Origin: Nanobdellota archaeon
GTDB taxonomy: Archaea; Nanobdellota; Nanobdellia; Pacearchaeales; GW2011-AR1
Assembly: GCA_013329055.1 (NCBI GenBank)
Contig: DUKY01000020.1
Span: 54,989-118,988, forward strand
Direction of reading: 5' to 3'
DNA: 64,000 nt
Of the stretch, positions 52,514 to 61,202 are shown one piece after another. The position numbers and the translations under genes are program-made. The notes beneath the pieces are model-generated. The model had not been told where the DNA came from and did not search any database. It saw only the letters and a program-made list of their open reading frames with translations. The stretch's first letter is position 1; every line of letters starts with the position of its first letter.

Positions 52514-52990
52514 TTAGAAATCGAATTTAAACCATTGATTTATTTCTTCTATCATTGAATTTGTAACACCTTCAATATCATAAAACTCTTTTGATTGTAT
52601 TATTTTGTAATTTATACTTTCATAAAATTCTATACTTGAAAATCCTACTTTGCCCTGTACACTTATGCATGTTTTTTTTCCATACATCTCCCAAAAGCTA
52701 CGTGTTGTTGGTTTATTTTCACTTTCCCATTTCCAATCTGCACATTCACAAACTCTCATTAAATCCCAATATTCTTTTTTGCTTATTGTTTGCACTACTG
52801 TTTTATCTAAAGGGGTTAAATATAAACTTGGTCTTCCATTTTTATCTCTCTTAAAATTAGCATTTATATTTGATCCCATATATTTATTAAGGTCTTTACA
52901 TAAAAGCATTCTTTGAACTCTTGTTTGTTCTAATTTTTTTATCATTTCTTCATGAGGGATAATTATCATTGATTTGTTTAATGTTATCAT
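52514..52990 (-). CDS. MITLNKSM-family orphan protein, paralogue 4 of 6 (lacks the basic C-terminal tail)
   Basis: 158 aa with MITLNKSMIIIPHEE..., YWDLMRVCECADWKW and EEINQWFKFDF. Confidence 0.65.
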   Translation of the reverse strand: MITLNKSMIIIPHEEMIKKLEQTRVQRMLLCKDLNKYMGSNINANFKRDKNGRPSLYLTPLDKTVVQTISKKEYWDLMRVCECADWKWESENKPTTRSFWEMYGKKTCISVQGKVGFSSIEFYESINYKIIQSKEFYDIEGVTNSMIEEINQWFKFDF

Positions 52991-52991
52991 T

Positions 52992-53495
52992 TTATCCTTT
53001 GCTTTTTCTGTTTGGTTTATTTATTTCAAATAATTGATTTATCTCTTTAATCATTTTTTGCGTTATTTCTGGTTTTTGAAATTCGCAAAATTCTTGCAAA
53101 GTTAATATCTTCCAATTCTTTTGAATATAAAATTCTTTGTTTCCACATCTAAATCCGTTTTTTATTGGTATGCATGTTTTTTGTTTATAACCTTTCCAAA
53201 AATTATGTTCTGTTGGGTTATTATCTGGCCATTCCCATTTTCCAATTTCATAGATTTGCATTAATGTGTCATAATTTTCCTGAGTTGGAATATGGACTGC
53301 TGTATTTTCTAATTCTGTTAAAATTAAAGTTGGTCTTCCATATTCTCCTTTTGCAAGATTAGAATTTGTTGAATTATATCCCATATATTGATTCAGGTTT
53401 TTGAATAAATGCATTCTTTGTATTCTTGTTTCTTCTAATTTTTTTATCATTTCTTCTTGTGGAAGAATTGTCATTGATTTGTTTAATGTGATCAT
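52992..53495 (-). CDS. MITLNKSM-family orphan protein, paralogue 5 of 6
   Basis: 167 aa. Here the core Cys is replaced (QIYEIGKWEW). The C-terminus is EINKPNRKSKG. Confidence 0.65.
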   Translation of the reverse strand: MITLNKSMTILPQEEMIKKLEETRIQRMHLFKNLNQYMGYNSTNSNLAKGEYGRPTLILTELENTAVHIPTQENYDTLMQIYEIGKWEWPDNNPTEHNFWKGYKQKTCIPIKNGFRCGNKEFYIQKNWKILTLQEFCEFQKPEITQKMIKEINQLFEINKPNRKSKG

Positions 53496-53496
53496 T

Positions 53497-54009
53497 TTAT
53501 CCTTTGCTTTCTCTATTTGGTTTGTTTATCTCGAACCATTCATTTATCTCTTGGATGATTTCTTGTGTTATTTCTGGTTCTTGAAGTTCGTAAAATTCTT
53601 TAGGGGTTATTATTTTCAAATTAAAATTTTGTGCATGTTTAAATGCAAAACTATATATAAAATTTTTTTTTGCGGTTATATTCATGTTGTTTTCTTGATT
53701 GTTTTTCCAAGCATTAAATTCTGTAGGTAATTTTTCAGAATACCATTTCCAGCTTCCACATTCATAAAGTTGCATTAGTGTGTCATAAATTTTTTGATTT
53801 TGTATTTGTATGACCATTCCATCTAATTGTTTTAAATCTAAAATTGGTTTTCCATTTTCATTTCTTTTTAAATTATAATTTATTTGATTGGTTCCAATAT
53901 ATTGGTTAAGGTCTTTACATAGAAGCATTCTTTGTATTCTTGTTTGTTTTAATTTTTCTATCATTTCATCATGCGGTAGAATTATCATTGATTTGTTTAA
54001 TGTTATCAT
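53497..54009 (-). CDS. MITLNKSM-family orphan protein, paralogue 6 of 6
   Basis: 170 aa with YDTLMQLYECGSWKW and EWFEINKPNRESKG. Its stop lies 1 nt before the start of paralogue 5. Confidence 0.65.
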   Translation of the reverse strand: MITLNKSMIILPHDEMIEKLKQTRIQRMLLCKDLNQYIGTNQINYNLKRNENGKPILDLKQLDGMVIQIQNQKIYDTLMQLYECGSWKWYSEKLPTEFNAWKNNQENNMNITAKKNFIYSFAFKHAQNFNLKIITPKEFYELQEPEITQEIIQEINEWFEINKPNRESKG

Positions 54010-54124
54010 TGGTATTATTTTTAGATTTAAAATTTATAAACTTTTGGTTCAATGTTACTATTTAGTGACAAATGATAATTCTTAAAATAGTTTAAAAAAT
54101 ATTTTTATATTTGAAGAATTACTT

Positions 54125-54871
54125 TTAGCGTAAATAAAATCTGGAATCTAATATTTCCTGTAAAGAATATTTTCTTGTATTTAATGTGCTATCTCTTGTT
54201 GGTAATATTCCCATAAGACGACTACCTCCATCATCAAGATCGTCTGCTCCGTTGACATATGATTCATTGCCGAGTCTTCCAAGATACCATGCTCTTATTT
54301 CCGGAGTTTTTCCTTTGCAAGAACCGAGAATAATGCTCATTGGTGTTTCATGACCGTATTTTTTTTCACTTTCATCGTAAATAAAATCTGTATAATCATT
54401 GAGCAGGGCTTGATCTCTTGCTAAAATTCTCCAAAGAGGGTCACTTTTAACATCTTCTTTTGATTTAAAATCTATTGTTCTTTCAAGTTTGTGATTTTTA
54501 AATTCAATAACATTTGATTGTTTTTTTAATTGTTCATAAATTGCAAATGCTTCATCTTTATTTTCACTTAATAATAATGCACCATTGTATAATTTTTTAG
54601 TATCTTGGGAGATTTTTATTAACATTTCTGAATCTAAATCAATTAAGATATTTTGTGTTTCCGGATGATAGATAACTGCATCGCAGGTGTCATAGTTACT
54701 TAGCCAAGCATTTTTTATAGCTTCCGGACCATTTTTATAGTTGAGTCTGATTTGCATGAATTGTGAAATATTTCCCGGGATTCTTCCTTCTGCTCTTAGC
54801 TTAGGCATTGTTTTTATGTATTTGCCTGAAAATTCTTTATATGTTTCTGGTGTTTCATTAAGTTTTGCCAT
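54125..54871 (-). CDS. hypothetical protein heading the second paralogue array
   Basis: 248-aa ORF with no motif recognised. It lies 115 nt upstream of paralogue 6 on the same strand. Confidence 0.55.
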   Translation of the reverse strand: MAKLNETPETYKEFSGKYIKTMPKLRAEGRIPGNISQFMQIRLNYKNGPEAIKNAWLSNYDTCDAVIYHPETQNILIDLDSEMLIKISQDTKKLYNGALLLSENKDEAFAIYEQLKKQSNVIEFKNHKLERTIDFKSKEDVKSDPLWRILARDQALLNDYTDFIYDESEKKYGHETPMSIILGSCKGKTPEIRAWYLGRLGNESYVNGADDLDDGGSRLMGILPTRDSTLNTRKYSLQEILDSRFYLR

Positions 54872-55010
54872 AATTCAACAATTAAAAATGGGTTTATAAT
54901 CTTTATTGAGATAAATAATAATTAAAGTTTTTCAAGTAAAGATTTGACTTTGTCCCTTCTCAAGAAGCAAATGATAAAGAATAAAAACGAACAAAAGCTT
55001 AAGAGAATTA

Positions 55011-56753
55011 ATGGAAAATCAAATCAGACAGCCAATCGTAACGGTCTGCGGACATGTAGACCACGGAAAAACATCTATTTTAGATTGTCTTAGAAGTTCA
55101 TGTGTTCAGGAAGGCGAGGCTGGTGGAATTACACAAAAAATTTCTTTTACTTCTTATCCTATGAATCAGTTAAAAGCTGCTTGTCCTTTAATTGGGAAAT
55201 CAGGGATTAAACTTAATATTCCCGGTTTTTTGTTAATTGATACTCCTGGTCATGCGGCGTTCACAAATTTAAGAAAACGTGGCGGGAGTTTAGCTGATTT
55301 GGCTGTTTTGGTTATCGATATTAATGACGGTATAAAACCTCAAACTGCTGAGGTTATTAAAATTTTAAAAATGAATCATACGCCTTTTATTATTGCTTTA
55401 AATAAAATTGATAATATTTCCGGATGGAGAAATAGCGATAAGGATTTGAGATCGGCGATTGAATCTCAACAGGAAAATGTTAAGCAGGTTTTTGATGAAA
55501 GGTATATGACTTTGATTGGTGCGTTAAATAATTATGGGTTTGATGCGGATTTATATTATAATATTGATGATTTTACTAAACAGGTTGCTTTGGTTCCATG
55601 TTCGGCTATTACAAAACAGGGTATTCCTGAATTAATTATGATGCTTTGCGGGTTAAGTCAGAGATATTTAACTGAAAAATTGAAATTACATAAAGATGCA
55701 AAAGGTGTTATGCTTGAAATTAAAAAAGAAAAGTCAACTAACTATATTGAGGCGATTTTGTATGATGGTGAATTATCAAGGCAAGATGAAATTGCTGTTG
55801 CGAGTTTTGATGGTGAGCCGATTATTACCAAGATAAGAATTTTGGAAGAAATTTTACCGTTGTGTTCAAAATTTATTCCGAAAGATAAAGTTCAAGCTTC
55901 AACGGGGATTCGGATGCAATTAATTGAAAAAGAAAATATTTTACCTGGAATGCCGTTTGTTCTTTACAAAAATAATTTAAATGAAATTAAAGAAATTTTT
56001 AAGAAAGAAATTTCTGAAAATATTAAAACTGAAAAATATGGTATTATTGCTAAGGCTGATTCTTTAGGTAGTTTAGAAGCATTGTTGGTTTTGTTGGGTG
56101 AAAAAAATATTCCTGTTGTTAAGGCTGGTATTGGCAGTATTAATAAATCAGATGTAATTTCTGCAAAAGCTAATTTGGAGATTAATGAGCTTAATGCAAT
56201 TATCATTGGGTTTAATGTTGATCTTGAAGAGGATGCTAAGGAAATTTTGCAGAAAAATATTAAGGTTTTAACGAATGATGTTGTTTATCGTTTAATTGAT
56301 GATTTGGTTGATTATCGAAAAGAAAAAATGAATGAAATTGAGAAAAGGCGTTTAATGTCTCTTGCAACAATTTGCAAGTTAAGGGTTTTACCTCAATATG
56401 TTTTTAGAAATACTAAACCTGCAATTTTTGGTGTTAGGGTTGAGGGGGGAAAATTAACGTCTGATTTAGCTTTGATTAATAGTTCTGAAGAAAAAGTCGG
56501 GCGAGTGAAAAATATTGAGTCTGAAGGTAAATCTGTTAGTGAAGCTAATGAAAATTTAGAAGTTGCGATTTCTATTCCTGGTGTTAATTTTGAGCGACAG
56601 TTAAAGGATGTTGATTTTCTTTATACTGATATTGGTGAATCGCAGTTTAGAAATTTTAAGAAAAATAAGGATCTTTTAAGTGAGAATGAAAAGAAGATTT
56701 TAATGGAGATTGCTGATATTAAGAGAAAAAAACGTGTTGATTGGGGGGCGTGA
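55011..56753 (+). CDS. infB: translation initiation factor aIF5B (IF-2 family GTPase)
   Basis: The GTPase motifs are G1 GHVDHGKTS, G3 DTPGH and G4 NKID. The domain II-IV length is typical of aIF5B. Confidence 0.92.
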   Translation: MENQIRQPIVTVCGHVDHGKTSILDCLRSSCVQEGEAGGITQKISFTSYPMNQLKAACPLIGKSGIKLNIPGFLLIDTPGHAAFTNLRKRGGSLADLAVLVIDINDGIKPQTAEVIKILKMNHTPFIIALNKIDNISGWRNSDKDLRSAIESQQENVKQVFDERYMTLIGALNNYGFDADLYYNIDDFTKQVALVPCSAITKQGIPELIMMLCGLSQRYLTEKLKLHKDAKGVMLEIKKEKSTNYIEAILYDGELSRQDEIAVASFDGEPIITKIRILEEILPLCSKFIPKDKVQASTGIRMQLIEKENILPGMPFVLYKNNLNEIKEIFKKEISENIKTEKYGIIAKADSLGSLEALLVLLGEKNIPVVKAGIGSINKSDVISAKANLEINELNAIIIGFNVDLEEDAKEILQKNIKVLTNDVVYRLIDDLVDYRKEKMNEIEKRRLMSLATICKLRVLPQYVFRNTKPAIFGVRVEGGKLTSDLALINSSEEKVGRVKNIESEGKSVSEANENLEVAISIPGVNFERQLKDVDFLYTDIGESQFRNFKKNKDLLSENEKKILMEIADIKRKKRVDWGA

Positions 56754-56777
56754 AAAAAGGAAACCCTTGGTTCCCTC
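56754..56777 (+). terminator. A-run followed by the ggaaacc/ggttcc hairpin immediately after the infB stop codon (terminator-like; same module that begins the repeat families)
   Basis: The sequence is tga-aaaaaaggaaacccttggttccct. The same module occurs at 383, 4613, 31709 and 44669, and as the reverse complement at 26000 and 26311. Confidence 0.35.
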
Positions 56778-56813
56778 AGAAAATCTTATAAGTAATTATT
56801 TGAATTCTTTTTT

Positions 56814-57350
56814 ATGACAAATGTTGAATTTTATGGCAAGAATGTTAATTTAGATAAAACCGGGATTGTTTTAGTTGATATGCAGTATTCATATTTAAAA
56901 GAATATTCTTTGAAAGATGTTTTTTTTATGCGTGAAGCTCAAAAAGATATTTTACAGATTGCTGTGGATAAAAATTATCCTCTTGGAGTATTAGAATCTA
57001 TTTGGGATAAAAGAACTGATTCTGAATTGAGGGATTTAATAAATAATGTTCAAAGAAAAAAATATTTTAAAAAAGAAAAAATGGATGGTTTTTCAAATGA
57101 AAAACTTTATCCTTGGCTAAAAAAAATGAATTTGGAAACTTTGTGTTTTATGGGGATACATACGAATCAATGTGTTTTAGAAACTGCTAAATCTGCTAAG
57201 GATTATGGCTTTCATATTATTCTCGCAAGACAGTTAACGAAGGGTATTGCTTCTTCTAAAAATTTTTTTAAATCAATTAATTGGTTTAGATATAATGGGG
57301 TTTATACTAAAAATTATAAAGAAATTGTTGAGTTGTTAAATAAAAAATAA
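56814..57350 (+). CDS. isochorismatase-family cysteine hydrolase
   Basis: GIVLVDMQYSY carries the Asp, and CFMGIHTNQCVLETAKSA carries the catalytic Cys. Confidence 0.72.
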   Translation: MTNVEFYGKNVNLDKTGIVLVDMQYSYLKEYSLKDVFFMREAQKDILQIAVDKNYPLGVLESIWDKRTDSELRDLINNVQRKKYFKKEKMDGFSNEKLYPWLKKMNLETLCFMGIHTNQCVLETAKSAKDYGFHIILARQLTKGIASSKNFFKSINWFRYNGVYTKNYKEIVELLNKK

Positions 57351-57380
57351 TAAAAATTTTGATTAACAGATTATTAAAAA

Positions 57381-57662
57381 TTAATAATCTGGTAATTCAG
57401 ATTCATCAGATTCAGATTCTTCTGGTTCTTGCGGAGCCACTTGTGTTGGCTTGATGTCATCTTTAGAGATTGAATTAATCATCTCTTTGAATTTTGGAAA
57501 GTCAGTTGCCGGGATTCTTACTCCTGCTTTTGTAAATCCTGTGTATCTTTCACTTGTTACAAATTCTCTTATTGTAAGTCCTCGTTGACCACCAAAATCA
57601 TCAAGTCGTATTACGATATCTGACCTGTCATTTTTAGTAATTCTTCCGATGTCTTTTTCCAT
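57381..57662 (-). CDS. PC4-like ssDNA-binding protein with an acidic tail
   Basis: DIVIRLDDFGGQRGLTIREFVTSERYTGFTKAGVRIP follows the PC4/YdbC-like beta-sheet pattern. The C-terminus is EESESDESE. Confidence 0.6.
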   Translation of the reverse strand: MEKDIGRITKNDRSDIVIRLDDFGGQRGLTIREFVTSERYTGFTKAGVRIPATDFPKFKEMINSISKDDIKPTQVAPQEPEESESDESELPDY

Positions 57663-57722
57663 GTTTGTTTAAAATCAAAATCTATTTTTAAATATTATGT
57701 AGAAAATGGGATAAAATTTTTC

Positions 57723-57824
57723 GGCTTTGTCCTGAATTAAGTTTTTTTGATTGTTAGGATCCCCACCCTTAATTAATACTTGAATTGCCAAAAGTTAGCT
57801 AAAATCAAAAACTTTGGACAAAGT
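57723..57824. repeat. family-B MITE-like element, short form lacking the central palindrome
   Basis: The arms are ggctttgtcctgaattaagtttttttgattgttag and ctaaaatcaaaaactttggacaaag. Confidence 0.75.
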
Positions 57825-57869
57825 TAAATTATTCGTTAAATTAATAAATTATTCTTCATACATTATTTT

Positions 57870-58115
57870 ATGTTAGAAAAAACTGTTGAAGAGGATAAAA
57901 AAATTAGGGGGATTTTAAAAAAATTTTCTAAGAATAAGAATGATTTTAAAGAAAAATATCCTGAAGATTTTGGTACTCTTAAAAAATTAGGTTATGTTAT
58001 TGAAATGTATAACTATAATCGAATGCCGGATTATTCTCTGTCTATTAAAGGATATAATTTAATTTATAATCTTTCTAAAAAATCTAATTGCAATCGTCCA
58101 ATTTTAATTCGATGA
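57870..58115 (+). CDS. hypothetical protein
   Basis: 81-aa ORF with a TATA-like ttaataaatt about 26 nt upstream. Confidence 0.4.
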   Translation: MLEKTVEEDKKIRGILKKFSKNKNDFKEKYPEDFGTLKKLGYVIEMYNYNRMPDYSLSIKGYNLIYNLSKKSNCNRPILIR

Positions 58116-58156
58116 TTTTTCAAAAGATTTATATGTATTAAGATCATTAATTATTT

Positions 58157-58453
58157 ATGGCAGATGGTTGTGAATACAGAAATAGTTGTCCAAAATATCT
58201 TGGGGTATATGATAATAGTCCTATGACTTCTAAAAATCAAAAAGATTTATGTGATAATGCTTCAAAAAAAATACTTGAGGCTGGAAATTATTGTTCGGAT
58301 TATGATTATATTACTGCATTTAGTGATTTAGTATTTGATTCTATTAAGCAAGCTACTAAAAACCTTTCTCATAATTTATGTGAGGCTGAAGGATGTTTAA
58401 GGGAAATTCATAAGCGAAAGGTACTTCTACACAATAGTAACATTTATAAATAA
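58157..58453 (+). CDS. small Cys-containing hypothetical protein (paralogue of the next gene)
   Basis: The N-terminus is DGCEYRNSCPKYLGVYDNSPMTSKNQKDLCDNA; the next gene has DIGCKYKSVCSTYKGKFDCTPLYSKNFRNTCDKA. A TATA-like agatttatatg is centred about 27 nt upstream. Confidence 0.5.
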   Translation: MADGCEYRNSCPKYLGVYDNSPMTSKNQKDLCDNASKKILEAGNYCSDYDYITAFSDLVFDSIKQATKNLSHNLCEAEGCLREIHKRKVLLHNSNIYK

Positions 58454-58473
58454 TGTTTTTTATAATTTTATTT

Positions 58474-58695
58474 ATGACAGATATTGGTTGTAAATATAAA
58501 AGTGTATGCAGTACTTATAAAGGTAAGTTTGACTGTACCCCTTTATATTCAAAAAATTTTAGAAATACCTGTGATAAAGCTAATGATATTGATGTACTTT
58601 GTCCTATGTATGGCTTGTATGAACAAATTGATTCTTTAAATGGAGCAAATAAATCTCTTTTGCAATTATTGAATATTTCTGAAGAAAAAATATAA
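58474..58695 (+). CDS. small Cys-containing hypothetical protein (paralogue of the previous gene)
   Basis: I prefer the ATG at 58474 because atttataaata (58442-58452) is centred about 27 nt upstream. The ORF track starts at 58453. Confidence 0.5.
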   Translation: MTDIGCKYKSVCSTYKGKFDCTPLYSKNFRNTCDKANDIDVLCPMYGLYEQIDSLNGANKSLLQLLNISEEKI

Positions 58696-58719
58696 TTTTT
58701 ATTTCTGATTAATTACTTC

Positions 58720-59265
58720 TTAAATTATACTCGCTCTGATTATTTTGACTTCTTTTAATGGTTTATCATTTGCATCTGTTTGTACTTCTGCAATTTTATC
58801 TACAACATCCATTCCTTCAGTCACTATTCCGAAAGTTGGATGTTTTCCATCAAGAAAATTATTATCTACTAAATTAATAAAAAATTGGCTTCCTCCGGTA
58901 TTTTTTGATCCTGTATTTGCCATTGATATTGTTCCTCGATTATTTTTATTCCCACTTTTGTGTGTAAATTCATCTTCAATAGTATATCCTGGTCCTCCCA
59001 TTCCTGTGCCTGTTGGGTCTCCTCCCTGAATCATAAATCCGTCGATAATTCTATGAAAAATGACTTTATCATAAAATCCTTCTTTAACTAATTTTTCAAA
59101 ATTTCCTGCTGTAAGTGGCATATCTGTATAAAGTGTTATTACAATATTTCCCATATTTGTTTCAAGTAATACTTTTGTTGGTTTTGTCATTTTATATGTT
59201 GCTCCGATTATTCCAATTATTGCGACACAAATTAAAATCGCTGTTAATAATTTTATTTTGTGCAT
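58720..59265 (-). CDS. cyclophilin-type peptidyl-prolyl cis-trans isomerase, N-terminally membrane-anchored
   Basis: The motifs are GFYDKVIFHRIIDGFMIQGGDPTGTG, SMANTG and GSQFFI. The N-terminal TM is LLTAILICVAIIGIIGA. Confidence 0.88.
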   Translation of the reverse strand: MHKIKLLTAILICVAIIGIIGATYKMTKPTKVLLETNMGNIVITLYTDMPLTAGNFEKLVKEGFYDKVIFHRIIDGFMIQGGDPTGTGMGGPGYTIEDEFTHKSGNKNNRGTISMANTGSKNTGGSQFFINLVDNNFLDGKHPTFGIVTEGMDVVDKIAEVQTDANDKPLKEVKIIRASII

Positions 59266-59316
59266 TAATTATCTAACTATTTTTTATTTTTAAAGTTTAT
59301 TAATCTTTTTGGATAA

Positions 59317-60675
59317 TTATCTTCTTGCTCTGTTATAATTTGGTCTATTATTATATCTTCTTCCAGATTCATTTCTCTGTTCTGAATCGTTTCCTCTTGA
59401 GTCTCTTCTTTGTCCTGAATTACTTCCTCTTGAGAAATTTCTTCCTGAACTTCTTCTTTGACCTGAATTGTTCCCTCTTGAGAAATTTCTTCCTGAACTT
59501 CTTCTTTGACCTGAATCATTTCCTCTTCCATGATCTCTTCTTCCAGTATCCATCTCTATTCTTATTGTTTTAAATTCCGGTGTTTCTTCATGTTCTATTT
59601 TTAATGATTTGTCTTCACTTATTTTATTAAAATTTTCATAATCTCTATTTGCTACAATATTAATTGCTTTACCCTCTTTACCTGCTCTTGCTGTTCTTCC
59701 AATTCTATGGACATATTCTTTGCTGTCTTTTGGTAAATCGTAATTATATATATGGCTTACACTGTTAATATCCAGTCCTCTTGCTGCGACGTCGGTACAA
59801 ACAAGGATGCTTGTTCCTTTTGCATGGAATTCTTCTAAAATTTTTGTTCTTTTATTTTGTGCTAGTCCTCCATGGATTGCTTGTGCGTTGATATTGATTT
59901 TTTGCAAGTTTTGAACTAAGAAATCTACATTTCTTCTTGTTGAGCAGAAAATCATTACTAAATCTGATTTTTCTTTTTCAAGTAAATGCACTAGTAATGA
60001 AAATTTTTCGTAAGGTTGCACGTCGTAATATACTTGTTTTAATTTTGAACTGTCAACATATGATTTAACTGAGATTTCTTTTGCATTTCTTGTATATTGT
60101 TTTGCGAGATAATCTAAGTCTGATGAAATTGTTGCTGAAAATAACATTGTTTGTCTTTCTGTTGGACATTGTGTGATTATTCTATCTACGTCTTTAAGAA
60201 ATCCCATGTCTAGCATTCTATCGACTTCATCTAAGACTAAAATTTTTATATTGTCTAAATCTAATGTTCTTCTTTTCATGTGATCTAGAATTCTTCCTGG
60301 GGTTCCGACGATTATATCTGCCTGCGGGATGTTTCTTATCTGTGCGTTTATATCTACTCCGCCGTAAATTGCGTATGTTCTTAATCTTTTATTATGCGAG
60401 AATTTTTTTATTGCTGATGCTACTTGGTCTGCTAATTCTCTTGTTGGTGTTAAGACTAATGCCTGAACATTTTTGTTTGGGTTTATATTTTGGACTATTG
60501 CTGAGGCAAATGCTAAGGTTTTTCCGCTTCCTGTTGATGAACCTCCGATTATATCCTGTTTAGCTAATGCTAACGGGATTGCTTGCTCTTGTATTTCTGA
60601 GGGTTCGCTAAATCCTTCTTGTTCTATTATTTCTAAGAGATCATTACTTAACCCTAGTTCTTTGAATGTTTTCAT
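59317..60675 (-). CDS. DEAD-box RNA helicase (motif II DEVD) with a repetitive R/G/S/N-rich C-terminal tail
   Basis: The Q motif is GFSEPSEIQ. Other motifs are SSTGSGKTLAF, LDEVDRML, SAT and HRIGRTARAG. The tail carries a GRNFSRG(N/S)NSGQRR repeat. Confidence 0.9.
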   Translation of the reverse strand: MKTFKELGLSNDLLEIIEQEGFSEPSEIQEQAIPLALAKQDIIGGSSTGSGKTLAFASAIVQNINPNKNVQALVLTPTRELADQVASAIKKFSHNKRLRTYAIYGGVDINAQIRNIPQADIIVGTPGRILDHMKRRTLDLDNIKILVLDEVDRMLDMGFLKDVDRIITQCPTERQTMLFSATISSDLDYLAKQYTRNAKEISVKSYVDSSKLKQVYYDVQPYEKFSLLVHLLEKEKSDLVMIFCSTRRNVDFLVQNLQKININAQAIHGGLAQNKRTKILEEFHAKGTSILVCTDVAARGLDINSVSHIYNYDLPKDSKEYVHRIGRTARAGKEGKAINIVANRDYENFNKISEDKSLKIEHEETPEFKTIRIEMDTGRRDHGRGNDSGQRRSSGRNFSRGNNSGQRRSSGRNFSRGSNSGQRRDSRGNDSEQRNESGRRYNNRPNYNRARR

Positions 60676-60935
60676 TTTGAATTTATTTATGAATAATTTT
60701 TAAAATTGATTCATTTTTTTAATTAATAATTTGTCAAGAATTGTTTCTTGAAATTTAAGTCTTGCGAGACATTAATCTCAAGACTTATCACATTAGTAAT
60801 ATTATTTGATGATATCTTCGGTTTATAAACTGTTTGTTTTTGGAGAGGTTTATTTGAAAAGTAAAAGATAACTGAAATATGTAGTTCTTAAGTTTTTTAT
60901 GTTAGGTCCATTAAGATATGAAACTAAAATAAAAG

Positions 60936-61202
60936 ATGTGCCTTTACAATGGATGTTCCGCTTTGAGTTATATTACCCCGATTTACCTCAATTTCCAATT
61001 ACTTATGTTCATAAAATATTCAGAACAAAAAGAAATTTGGCATGAAACTTACAGATTCCGTGTGCTTGTTGAAGGAATATTTTCTGCACTTAAGAGAAAG
61101 CATCTAAACTATTTACGTTCCAAAAAAGAGATTGCTCTTCATGTTGAGCTTTTGCTAAAGGTACTGGTATACAATTTGACAATAATTGGGAAGTATTCCT
61201 AA
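60936..61202 (+). pseudogene. C-terminal remnant of an IS4/IS5-type DDE transposase
   Basis: YRFRVLVEGIFSALKRKHLNYLRSKKEIALHVELLLKVLVYNL matches the Y-x2-R-x3-E-x6-K region of IS4/IS5 transposases. No intact N-terminal part is present. Confidence 0.55.

Noticed and set aside
46869-54009. Diversity-generating retroelement as the cause of the variable cores in the paralogue family
   Set aside because: There is no reverse-transcriptase ORF and no template/variable repeat pair with adenine-specific differences in the window. The differences between paralogues include indels and all substitution types.
54971-55010. Possible upstream start (ATG at 54971) extending aIF5B with a Lys-rich N-terminus
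   Set aside because: The ATG is out of frame with the 55011 ORF (offset of 40 nt) and that frame terminates after a short peptide.
59277-59531. 84-aa glutamate-rich ORF overlapping the helicase tail in another frame, and the plus-strand ORF 59325..59573
   Set aside because: These are frame shadows of the tandem DNA repeat encoding the R/G/S-rich tail of the DEAD-box helicase. The helicase frame is continuous with conserved motifs.
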